This document shows, in pieces, positions 45,186 to 54,022 of a stretch of 55,190 bases of DNA (position 1 is the first letter of the stretch; the number at the start of each line of letters is the position of its first letter). The notes beneath the pieces were generated by a model. The model ran no database searches. It had not been told where the DNA came from and worked only from the letters and a program-made list of their open reading frames with translations. The translations under genes and the position numbers were made by a program. This DNA comes from Gemmatimonadaceae bacterium (GTDB lineage: Bacteria > Gemmatimonadota > Gemmatimonadetes > Gemmatimonadales > Gemmatimonadaceae): assembly GCA_046706905.1 (NCBI GenBank), contig JBJKPA010000043.1:1-55190 (forward strand). The letters run 5' to 3'.

Positions 45186-45739
45186 AGTGTTTCGAAGCAT
45201 CCCTCCCCGGCGTGATGGTCGTCGAGACGGCCGTCCACGCCGACGCCCGCGGTCAGTTCATGGAGCTCTGGAACGCGGAGCGCTACCGCGCCGTGGGCCT
45301 CGATCAGACGTTCGTGCAGGACAACATCTCCATCTCGGAGCGGCATGTCCTGCGCGGGCTGCACTTTCAGTGGCCGCAACCGCAGGGCAAGCTCGTGTCC
45401 GTGGCTTCTGGCGAGATCTTCGACGTCGCCGTGGACATCCGCGTCGGATCGCCGACGTTCGGCCGGTGGGAGGGCTTCACGCTTTCCTCCGCCGAGGGAA
45501 CGCAGCTCTACATCCCGGAAGGGTTCGCCCACGGCTTTGCCACGATCTCCGCGCGCGCCGTAGTCGTCTACAAGTGCACCACCCGCTACAACCCCTCCAC
45601 GGAGCGAGTGCTCCGGTGGAACGATCCGGCGTTCGGCATCGATTGGCCGGTGCGGGAGCCGATTCTGTCGCCGCGGGATGCGGCGGCGCCGGGCGTCGCT
45701 GAGCTTCCCACGACCGCGCTCCCGATGTTCCGCGCGTGA
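45182..45739 (+). CDS. rfbC: dTDP-4-dehydrorhamnose 3,5-epimerase
   Basis: [11 protein letters not shown]...VLRGLHFQ...[19 protein letters not shown]...IPEGFAHGF. The ATG overlaps the rfbA stop. Confidence 0.92.
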   Translation: MKCFEASLPGVMVVETAVHADARGQFMELWNAERYRAVGLDQTFVQDNISISERHVLRGLHFQWPQPQGKLVSVASGEIFDVAVDIRVGSPTFGRWEGFTLSSAEGTQLYIPEGFAHGFATISARAVVVYKCTTRYNPSTERVLRWNDPAFGIDWPVREPILSPRDAAAPGVAELPTTALPMFRA

Positions 45740-46623
45740 GCGAGCCTGGCGATCGCATGCGCGTCCTGATCACCGGGGGACACGGGATGCTGGCGCGCGC
45801 CTTGGTGCGCGAGCTGTCGGATCGGGGCCATGAAGTCTCGGCGCCCGGACGTGAGGAACTCGACGCGCTGGATATCGGCGCGCTGGATCGATTCGTGGAG
45901 CGAATTCGGCCCGCCGCGCTCATCCAGTGTGCGGCGTACACGCGCGTCGACGACGCGGAATTGGACGAGGCCGGCGCATTCGCCACGAACGCGTTGGCGG
46001 CTGCCCTGGCGGCCGAGGTCTGCCGGAAGACGGGGATCCGGTTCGTCTATCCCAGTACGGACTATGTGTTCGCCGGAACCGCGGCTCGCCCCTATGCACC
46101 GTCGGATCCTCCCGCGCCCCGGTCGGCCTATGGTCGATCGAAGCTGGCGGGAGAGTGGGCGGCGCGTCTGGCCGGAGACTTCCTGGTCGTACGCACGGCG
46201 TGGCTCTACGGTGGCGGCGGCCGGAGTTTCGTGAAGGCCATTCTGGACCAGGCCCGCCGCGGGGGCTCCCTGCGCGTCGTGGCGGACCAGTGGGGGTCGC
46301 CGACGTGGACCGCCGACCTGGCGGCCGTGATCGCGGCCCTGCTGGAGCGGAGCGCGTCGGCGGGGGTCTATCACGCCACCAACAGCGGAAAGACCACCTG
46401 GCATGGATTCGCCAGCGAGATTGCGCGCCGCATCGGTCTTCCGGGTGAGGTCGCGCCGATCAGCAGCGATCAGTCCAGCCGGCGGGCCGTCCGGCCTTCC
46501 TACTCGGTGCTTGACACGAGCGGAACCGAGGCGCTGGTCGGCGCGATTCCGGGCTGGGAGGATGCGCTCGGCCGTGCCCTGCAATCGGATTTCGCTGCCG
46601 ACCTGCCAGGCACGGTGCGATAG
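45736..46623 (+). CDS. rfbD: dTDP-4-dehydrorhamnose reductase
   Basis: MRVLITGGHGMLA...STDYVFAG...YGRSKLAGE...WGSPTWT. The GTG overlaps the rfbC stop. Confidence 0.9.
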   Translation: MSEPGDRMRVLITGGHGMLARALVRELSDRGHEVSAPGREELDALDIGALDRFVERIRPAALIQCAAYTRVDDAELDEAGAFATNALAAALAAEVCRKTGIRFVYPSTDYVFAGTAARPYAPSDPPAPRSAYGRSKLAGEWAARLAGDFLVVRTAWLYGGGGRSFVKAILDQARRGGSLRVVADQWGSPTWTADLAAVIAALLERSASAGVYHATNSGKTTWHGFASEIARRIGLPGEVAPISSDQSSRRAVRPSYSVLDTSGTEALVGAIPGWEDALGRALQSDFAADLPGTVR

Positions 46624-46658
46624 CGCCGCAGGCGCCGGTACGCCGAAGCCACCGGCCG

Positions 46659-47693
46659 CTACCGCCCGAACACCACCATCGCCCCCGCGATCCCCGCCAC
46701 GACCTTCACCCAGCCCCAGGGTCCGAGCCGCGGCACGCGGTTCCAGCCCCAATGGCGCCATGCACGCACCGGCTCCAGCGCCTCGCGCAGCTCGCCCGCC
46801 CGCTGCCAGCGGTCGGCCGGCTCCTTGGCCAGGCAGCGCTCGATTGCCTCGACCAGCGCCTCGGGTGCGTCGGGCGCCAGCTCGGCCAGCGCCCGCGGGG
46901 CGTGCACGACGTGCTGGGCGGCGAGCACGGTGAAGTTCGGCCCGTCGAAGGGCAGCCGGCCGGCCAGCATCAGGTAGCCCAGGACGCCCAGCGAGTAGAT
47001 GTCGCTGCGCCCGTCGATGTCCGGCTCGCCCACCGCCTGCTCCGGTGACATGTAGTGCGGCGTGCCGAACGCGTGCAGCCGCTCGCACTCCTCGGCACTC
47101 GCGCCGCGCAGGCGCGCCACGCCGAAGTCGGTGAGATAGACGCGGCCGGTGGTGCGCTCGATGAGCACGTTCTCGGCCTTGAGGTCGCAGTGGATCATCC
47201 CCTCGCCGTGCGCGTAGGCCAGCGTCTCCGCCAGGTCCCGCAGCAGGCGCGTGGCTTCGGTGGCCGGCAAGCGTCCGTGGTCGCGGATCCGCTCGGCCAG
47301 CGACGTGCCGTTCACGTACTGCATGACGATGTACACCAGCTCCGGCGACTCGCCGAACGTGTACACGGGAACGATGCCCGGATGGCTCAGCCGTGCGGCG
47401 AACCGCGCCTCGCGGCGGAACCGCTCGCGGTGCTCGTCGGAGTCCACGAACTCGTGCCGCAGGACCTTGATGGCGACCGTGCGATGCAGCGCGAGGTCGC
47501 GTGCCAGGAACACCACGCCCATGCCGCCGCGTCCCAGCTCGCGGACGATCTGGTACTGTCCGCGGACGTGCGCGTCCAACTCCCGCCGCTCGATCTCGTC
47601 ATCGGCGTCGGTGTCCGGGTGCAGCACGAAGGGTTCGGTGGATGGCAGCAGCATGCGTAGGAATTGGCTTTCCCGTGAGACACCGCGGGGCAC
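46659..47693 (-). CDS. Hanks-type Ser/Thr protein kinase, C-terminally membrane-anchored
   Basis: GRGGMGVVFLA, VAIKVL, HCDLKAENVLI, DFGVA, GTPHYMSPEQ. A single hydrophobic segment (VKVVAGIAGAMVVF) sits at the extreme C-terminus, and there is no extracellular sensor domain. Confidence 0.9.
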   Translation of the reverse strand: MPRGVSRESQFLRMLLPSTEPFVLHPDTDADDEIERRELDAHVRGQYQIVRELGRGGMGVVFLARDLALHRTVAIKVLRHEFVDSDEHRERFRREARFAARLSHPGIVPVYTFGESPELVYIVMQYVNGTSLAERIRDHGRLPATEATRLLRDLAETLAYAHGEGMIHCDLKAENVLIERTTGRVYLTDFGVARLRGASAEECERLHAFGTPHYMSPEQAVGEPDIDGRSDIYSLGVLGYLMLAGRLPFDGPNFTVLAAQHVVHAPRALAELAPDAPEALVEAIERCLAKEPADRWQRAGELREALEPVRAWRHWGWNRVPRLGPWGWVKVVAGIAGAMVVFGR

Positions 47694-47781
47694 GGGATAG
47701 TTGCGCCCCGGGTGTCACGGATCTGTCTGCCAATCAATACGGCTGCGTCCCGGCTTTGGTTGCAGGCCGGATGTTTCGCCG

Positions 47782-50250
47782 TCACCGGGCGGAGGGCACC
47801 GCCGGCACCGGATGCCCTTGTATTACCTCAACATCCACCGTCTGGGAACGCAGCCCGGCGGCGCTCATCGTCACCCGGAGCACTCCCGGCTTGTCGGCCC
47901 GCAGGATGGCCAACCCGCGGCCGTTGAACGCCGTCCGGTGGTCCATTCGATATGGCTCATGGTTCCGCAGATCGCCGTTGTCGAGCCCGACGATGGTTCC
48001 GCCCGAGACCGACACGTGCACGTCGTTGTCGGCGGTGGGGACGACCGTGCCGTGGGCGTCCACGATCGCGAACCGCACAAGGGCGACGTCGCCCGGGGCC
48101 GCCGTGATCGTGTCGCGTTCCGGCGTGACGCGCACCGCGGCGGCCGGGCCGGCCGTGCGCACGGTGTCGTGGCATGCCACCTGGCCGTCGCGGGTGCCGA
48201 CGGCCGTGAGCACGCCGGGTTCGTACGGCACGTCCCAGGTGACGTGCAGGTCGTTGGTCGTGACCCGGACGGGCGGCGTGGCGTAGCTGTTCCATCCGCC
48301 CGACGTGCCGGGCTGCGGGAACTGCAGCCGCTTCGTGCCCATCGACTTGCCGTTCAGGAACAGCTCGACGCTCGTGCAGTTGGTGTATGCCAGAACCGGT
48401 ATCATCTGCCCCTCGCGCCCCGGCCAGTTCCAGTGCGGGAACAGGTGCAGCACCGGCGTGTCGGTCCAGCGGCTCTGGTACAGGTAGTACGAGTCCTTGG
48501 GCTGTCCGGTGATGTCCAGGGCGCCTGACGGGAACCCCTTGCTGGGCCAGATCGCCTCGCCCAGGTAGTCCACCCCCGTCCACATGAAGTCGCCCGAGAA
48601 GTACGGATGGACGGTGATCCACTTGATCAGGTTCTCGGCGCGCATCATTCCGCTCGTGTAGTTGGGCTCGACCCTGGTGCTGTCATCGCCCAGCGAATAC
48701 ACGTCGCCGAACGCGTTGCCCGCCGAGGGACTCTCGGTGCCCACCATCTTCCAGTTCGGGTGTGCCACGCGGTCTTCCTCGGCGAACAGCTCGCGGCGCT
48801 CGTGCCACCGGTCCACGTAGTTGTACCCCACCACGTCCTCGCTCTCGAGAAAGGCGAGCAGCGCCGGGTGCCCGTCGGCATCGATCTTGTCGTTGCCGGT
48901 GGTGACCGGGCGCGTGGGATCCTCGGCGTGGAACAGTCCCACCAGGTGTCGCAGAATGGTCACGCCCTCGGGCGTGGTCTGCTCGCCGATCTCGTTACCC
49001 GCGCTCCACAGGATCACGGACGGGTGGTTGCGATCGCGGTGCACGTACGCCGTGACGTCGCTGTCCGCCCAGGTCGCGAAGTACAGGTGGTAGCCGTACG
49101 GCACCTTGCCGTACGTCCACTCGTCGAACGCCTCGTCCATGACGAGGAAGCCCATGCGGTCGCACAGGTCGAGGAATTCCGGGGCCGGCGGGTTGTGCGA
49201 GGTGCGGATGGCGTTCACGCCCATCGCTTTGAGTTTGGCCAGCTCCGACTGCCAGATGCGGATCGGAATGGCCGCCCCCACGGCGCCGGCGGTCTCGTGC
49301 AGATTCACCCCGTGCAGCTTGACGGGCTGTCCGTTGAGCAGGAAGCCGCGGTTGGCGTCGAAGGCGATGGTACGGATCCCGAACGGCGTGTCCGCGGTGT
49401 CCACGGCCTGCGTGCCGTCCAGCACGGTGGAGTGCACCGCGTACATCGCGGGGTCGTCCACCGACCAGCGGTGTGGGTCGGTGACGAACATCCGCTGCAC
49501 GAACGCCTCGTTCGCGCCGCCTTCCAGCGAGAAGGCCGTGTCGGCGTGCGCGACTTCGTGTCCCGCCGCGTCCACGAGCACCGTGCGCAGCGTGCCCTTC
49601 TGCGTGTCGCCGCGGTCGTTGTCCACCCGCGTACGCACCAGTACCATGGCGCGCGCCGAGTCCACGAACGGTGTCGTGACGTACACGCCCCAGTGGGCGA
49701 CGTGCACCGGATCGGCGATCGTGAGCCACGTGTGGCGGTAGATGCCGCTCCCCGTGTACCAGCGGGAGTTGGGCTGCTCGGAATTGTCCACCCGCACGGC
49801 AACGACGTTGATGCCGGACCTGAGGTCCTTCGTGACGTCGTACGAGACACTGGTGTAGCCGTATGGGCGGTGGCCCACGTGCACGCCGTTCACCCAGACG
49901 TCGCTATTCATATAGATGCCGTCGAACTGCAGCCACACCTCGCGCCCCCGCGCTTCGGCAGGCACGCGGAACGTCTTGCGGTACCAGCCGATCCCCGTGG
50001 GCAGATACGCGCCACGCCCGCCCGCCGGCGCGTTGCGCTCCGGCGTGCCCTCGATGCTCCAATCGTGCGGCAGGTTCACGCGCCGCCACCGGCTGTCGTT
50101 GAACCCCGGGCGTTGCGCGCCGGCCGGATCCCCCAGCGTGAACCGCCACCCGGGGTCCATCGACAGCCGCACGCGCTGAGCGGAGGCGCGGTTCGGGACG
50201 AGCGCGAGAATCGCGGCGCCCAGGGCCAGGAACGACAGCCGGAATTTCAT
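47782..50250 (-). CDS. Secreted glycoside hydrolase family 2 (beta-galactosidase/beta-glucuronidase-like)
   Basis: Signal MKFRLSFLALGAAILALVPNRASAQ. WLQFDGIYMNSDVWVNG, NAIRTSHNPP, HPSVILWSAGNEIGE. ATG 50250 overlaps the upstream stop (ATGA). Confidence 0.88.
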   Translation of the reverse strand: MKFRLSFLALGAAILALVPNRASAQRVRLSMDPGWRFTLGDPAGAQRPGFNDSRWRRVNLPHDWSIEGTPERNAPAGGRGAYLPTGIGWYRKTFRVPAEARGREVWLQFDGIYMNSDVWVNGVHVGHRPYGYTSVSYDVTKDLRSGINVVAVRVDNSEQPNSRWYTGSGIYRHTWLTIADPVHVAHWGVYVTTPFVDSARAMVLVRTRVDNDRGDTQKGTLRTVLVDAAGHEVAHADTAFSLEGGANEAFVQRMFVTDPHRWSVDDPAMYAVHSTVLDGTQAVDTADTPFGIRTIAFDANRGFLLNGQPVKLHGVNLHETAGAVGAAIPIRIWQSELAKLKAMGVNAIRTSHNPPAPEFLDLCDRMGFLVMDEAFDEWTYGKVPYGYHLYFATWADSDVTAYVHRDRNHPSVILWSAGNEIGEQTTPEGVTILRHLVGLFHAEDPTRPVTTGNDKIDADGHPALLAFLESEDVVGYNYVDRWHERRELFAEEDRVAHPNWKMVGTESPSAGNAFGDVYSLGDDSTRVEPNYTSGMMRAENLIKWITVHPYFSGDFMWTGVDYLGEAIWPSKGFPSGALDITGQPKDSYYLYQSRWTDTPVLHLFPHWNWPGREGQMIPVLAYTNCTSVELFLNGKSMGTKRLQFPQPGTSGGWNSYATPPVRVTTNDLHVTWDVPYEPGVLTAVGTRDGQVACHDTVRTAGPAAAVRVTPERDTITAAPGDVALVRFAIVDAHGTVVPTADNDVHVSVSGGTIVGLDNGDLRNHEPYRMDHRTAFNGRGLAILRADKPGVLRVTMSAAGLRSQTVDVEVIQGHPVPAVPSAR

Positions 50251-52343
50251 TTCTTGAAGTGCTCCGCGACGATGGCCGGTTGCTCGAGGATCTTGTGCGC
50301 CTGGGCGTCCACCGCCAGACGCATGAACTGTCCCATGCTCCACACCAGCGGCGTGGCGCTGCCCGTGCCCTGCCCGAACTTGAAGCCGATGCGCGTCGGG
50401 TCCGCCTGGTCCCACACCTGCTCGGGGATCATCCCGCCGTCGTTCGCGAAGTGCAGCATGGCCTGCAGGTACGGCGTGGGGTCGGCGCCCAGTGAGATCT
50501 CGTACTCGCCGCGCTCACCGGCGAAGATCGGCCACAGCCGTCCCTTGCCCTCGCCCAGCCACGGCCCGCCGAAGTACGTCTCGCCGTACCCGTCGTGGTT
50601 GTATCTATAGAAGTCCGGGCCGTTGGGCGTCTGCACGCGGATTGTCTGGTCGATGACCTTGAGCGAGTTCTCGATGATCGGATCGTTGGCCGGCCGGATG
50701 CCCAGCCGCACCAGCTCGATGAAACCCTGGTCCACCACGTCGCGCTCGTCGTGGATGCCGCTGCCGTTGCGCGTATCGAGCTGGTACCCGTCGTTCGGAT
50801 CCGTGTTGTTGTCGATGCGCATGTAATAGCCCTTCGCCGCCAGCGGCCCACCGAGGTGGCCGGTGGTGGTCACCATCCAGCTCTCCAGGTGCGACGCCCA
50901 GTCGTCGGCGGTCTGCATGTACCGCGCGGCATCCGCCGTGGCGCCGTTTTCCTTGGCGATCGCCGACGCGCACACGAGCCCCGCGATCTCCGCCGCGATG
51001 GTGGATGGCGAATAACCGGGGACCTCCTCCCACCGCTCCTGCTGCGTGGCCGGCCCGTGCGCCAGCACGAACTCAGCCTCCGGGCGGATGTGCTTTTCCC
51101 AGGTCGTCTTGTCGGTCAGGCCGAGCTGCCAGGCCAGGATCATCGGGTACGACTGCTCGTCCATCTGGATCCCGGTCCAGTACGGCTTGCCGTCCAGCCA
51201 GCTGTTCTGCGGGAAGCGCCCGTCGGGCTCCTGCTGCACGTCGAACAGGTAGCGCACCGCGCGGCGGGCGGTGGCGCTGTCGCCGGCTACCATCAACGCC
51301 GTGGCGGACTCGTACAGGTCGCGCGCCCACACCAGGTGGTAGCCGCCCACCGTCGGCTTGTCGGCCGGCACGGCATAGCCCCACGGGATGCTCATCGAAG
51401 CGATGATGGCGCCCGGATAGGTCTTGTCCTCGTTGGCCCGCACGACCATCGCCGCGAGCTCGAACTCCCTCTCGTACTGCGGCGCTACGTGGCGCAGCCC
51501 GGCCAGGTACTTGTGCCAGCCCTCGGCGTAATAATCCATCCGTGGGCCGAACCCTCCGATCAGGCTCGCCCGGGCCTCGCCCAGTGCCTTTTCCGGCGTG
51601 GACGCGAACCCAAGCGCGAGCGTGAAGTGCGCGGGATTGGTGACGCGTCCGACCTGCACCACGTTGCCGCTGTCGGCGCGGGTGTAATGCCACGTCAGCG
51701 CGTGATGCAGCGTCAGATCGGTGTAGGCGTCGTTCACGCCGGCGAAGCCGTTGGACGTTTCGCTGAACCCGCCGCTGGAAACGATCGCCGACGCAACGTC
51801 TTCCTTCCACGCGACCATGCCGTTTGCCGTCGAGGCGTAGTCGCCGTATCCGGTGTTCTTGAGCGCCGGTTGATAGATCATGTAGAGCTTGTCGCCGGCC
51901 GGCGCTTTGAACGTGACGTCGATGAGCAGGACGTTGCGGTCCGGATCGGTGGCGTACGTCTTGGTGATCGTGATCCCGGCCGCCGCGTTCCGGCTCGTCT
52001 GCTTGAAGATCAGCGCCCGCGGATCCGGGCGCTCGATGGAGTGCGTCATGTCGTGCGACTCGAACCACACCCGCTTGCCGTTGCTCACGGCGAACTCGAG
52101 CCCGTGCACGTCGGCCTGGTCCACCCGCGGGTAGTACACCTCGGTGAGGATCCCGCCTTCCAGCGTGAACCACACCTTGGACGCCGTGGTCATTGAGGTG
52201 CCCAGTCCGTCCTTGGCGGCGTTGGTCCACGTGGGCAGGGCGCCCGGGCCTCCCGGCGCCGCCTGCGCGGCGGCGGGCAGGGGCGTCGTCGCCACGAGAG
52301 CACAGCACAGGGCCAGCAGTCCGGACCGCGTTCCTTTCTTCAT
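50247..52343 (-). CDS. Secreted GH15 glucoamylase/glucodextranase
   Basis: Signal MKKGTRSGLLALCCALVATTPLPAAAQA. N-terminal beta-sandwich plus (alpha/alpha)6 domain with GYHLVWARDLYESA and ERWEEV blocks. Confidence 0.85.
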   Translation of the reverse strand: MKKGTRSGLLALCCALVATTPLPAAAQAAPGGPGALPTWTNAAKDGLGTSMTTASKVWFTLEGGILTEVYYPRVDQADVHGLEFAVSNGKRVWFESHDMTHSIERPDPRALIFKQTSRNAAAGITITKTYATDPDRNVLLIDVTFKAPAGDKLYMIYQPALKNTGYGDYASTANGMVAWKEDVASAIVSSGGFSETSNGFAGVNDAYTDLTLHHALTWHYTRADSGNVVQVGRVTNPAHFTLALGFASTPEKALGEARASLIGGFGPRMDYYAEGWHKYLAGLRHVAPQYEREFELAAMVVRANEDKTYPGAIIASMSIPWGYAVPADKPTVGGYHLVWARDLYESATALMVAGDSATARRAVRYLFDVQQEPDGRFPQNSWLDGKPYWTGIQMDEQSYPMILAWQLGLTDKTTWEKHIRPEAEFVLAHGPATQQERWEEVPGYSPSTIAAEIAGLVCASAIAKENGATADAARYMQTADDWASHLESWMVTTTGHLGGPLAAKGYYMRIDNNTDPNDGYQLDTRNGSGIHDERDVVDQGFIELVRLGIRPANDPIIENSLKVIDQTIRVQTPNGPDFYRYNHDGYGETYFGGPWLGEGKGRLWPIFAGERGEYEISLGADPTPYLQAMLHFANDGGMIPEQVWDQADPTRIGFKFGQGTGSATPLVWSMGQFMRLAVDAQAHKILEQPAIVAEHFKK

Positions 52344-52401
52344 GCTTCCCCCTTGTTCGGGCGCGGGGGGCGCGCCCGTTGGTTCACGTACGATGCCCGA
52401 C

Positions 52402-54018
52402 CTATCGCCGGTCGAGGTTGAACACGAGTGTCTCGTGCGCCCCGAGCGTGGCCGCCGGCCGGTAGCCGGTCACCGCGCCGTTCGCGCCCGCTTGGAGAAT
52501 AGCCCCATCCGGCCCGCCGAGAAGACTCCGCGGCAGATAGCGGCCGGCGGGCAGCGTCCCCGCGCCCGCGCTCAGCGTCGCGCCCGCCACCGGCACGCCG
52601 CTCAGGTTCGCCACGACCAGCACGATCCCATCGCTGGCCCGCCGCAGGTACGCCGCCACGTGCGGGCTCGACGACGTGAGGGGCACGTGCCGCCCGGTGG
52701 CCAGCGCGTCGTTCGCGCCCCGCAGATGGATCAGCCGCCGGTAGAGGTTGAGCAGCGACGCGGGATCGTGTTCTTCGCCGGCCACCGTGCGCGTCATCGA
52801 GTCGGGTTGCGCCGGCTCCCACGCCTTCCCGGTGGTGAATCCCATGCCCGGCCCGGGCGCCCACTGCATCGGCGTGCGGAGCCGCGGGTCGGGCTTGTCG
52901 CCCGTCATTCCGATCTCCTCGCCGTAGTACAGGTATGGCAGCCCGGGCAGCGTGAGCAGCAGCGTGGCGGCCTGCTTCGCGCTCGGTATCGAGTCGCCCA
53001 GGATCGTCATGATGCGCGTGCCGTCGTGGTTGCTGAGCAGCGGCGACCACCGGTACGAGGGGAGCGTGTCCTGCAGACGGAGATACTGCTCGAACATCCC
53101 GCCCGTCGTGCCGCGCTTGACCGCCGTCCGCAGGGAGTCGGCCAGATCGAAGGTGAAATACGCCGTGAGCTGGTGCGGATAGTAGGTGAGCAGCGTGTCC
53201 AGCGGATCCCACACCTCGCCGATCGTGTACGCGCCGGGCTTCACGCTGTCGATGTACGCCATGTAGGAGCGCAGGTAGGCGTGCGTCCCCGGGCAGTCCT
53301 TGAGGCACTTGCCCTGCTCCACCAGGTACTGGACGGCGTCCAGCCGGAAGCCGTCCACGCCCATCTTGCGCAGCCAGAAGCCGGCGATCTTCTTGCCCTC
53401 TTCCCGCACCGCCGCCGTGTGATAGTTGAGATCCGGCATTTCGGCGGAGAACACGCCGTAGTAGTACTCGTCGCGCACGGGCGACTTGTGCCACACGTTC
53501 TCGCCCCACGGGCCCTTCCCCCCGGGCTTCGGCGAGAAGATGTACCACGACCGGTAGGGTGAGTTCGGCCCGCGCAGGGCCGACAGGAAATGCGGATCGC
53601 GGCTCGACGTGTGGTTGAGCACCATGTCGATGATGACCTTGATCCCGCGCTTGTGCGCCGCGGCCACGAACCGCTCGAAGTCCGCGGTGGTGCCGTACTG
53701 CGGATTCACCTCGTAGTAGTTGGTGACGTCGTACCCGTGGTAGCTGGGCGACGGGTTGATCGGCATGAGCCAGATGCACTTCGCGCCGAGGTCGGTTTTG
53801 GAGTCCGGATTCCCGTCGTTGATGTAGTCGAGCTTTTTCGTGAGCCCGTTGAAGTCCCCGATGCCGTCGCCGTTGCTGTCGTAGAACGACCGCACGAACA
53901 CCTCGTAGCACACCGCGCCGTGCGTCCACGCCGGCGGGGTCTGGGCGGCGGCGCACGGCGGCACCGCGCACAGGAGTGTCGCGGTGGCGGCCGCGCAGGC
54001 GAGGGCTTTCACGTTCAT
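52402..54018 (-). CDS. Secreted GH13 alpha-amylase-family enzyme
   Basis: Four conserved regions: VIIDMVLNHTS, GVDGFRLDAVQY, YTIGEVWD, LLSNHDGTR. Signal peptide present. Confidence 0.9.
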   Translation of the reverse strand: MNVKALACAAATATLLCAVPPCAAAQTPPAWTHGAVCYEVFVRSFYDSNGDGIGDFNGLTKKLDYINDGNPDSKTDLGAKCIWLMPINPSPSYHGYDVTNYYEVNPQYGTTADFERFVAAAHKRGIKVIIDMVLNHTSSRDPHFLSALRGPNSPYRSWYIFSPKPGGKGPWGENVWHKSPVRDEYYYGVFSAEMPDLNYHTAAVREEGKKIAGFWLRKMGVDGFRLDAVQYLVEQGKCLKDCPGTHAYLRSYMAYIDSVKPGAYTIGEVWDPLDTLLTYYPHQLTAYFTFDLADSLRTAVKRGTTGGMFEQYLRLQDTLPSYRWSPLLSNHDGTRIMTILGDSIPSAKQAATLLLTLPGLPYLYYGEEIGMTGDKPDPRLRTPMQWAPGPGMGFTTGKAWEPAQPDSMTRTVAGEEHDPASLLNLYRRLIHLRGANDALATGRHVPLTSSSPHVAAYLRRASDGIVLVVANLSGVPVAGATLSAGAGTLPAGRYLPRSLLGGPDGAILQAGANGAVTGYRPAATLGAHETLVFNLDRR

Positions 54019-54022
54019 TGGG

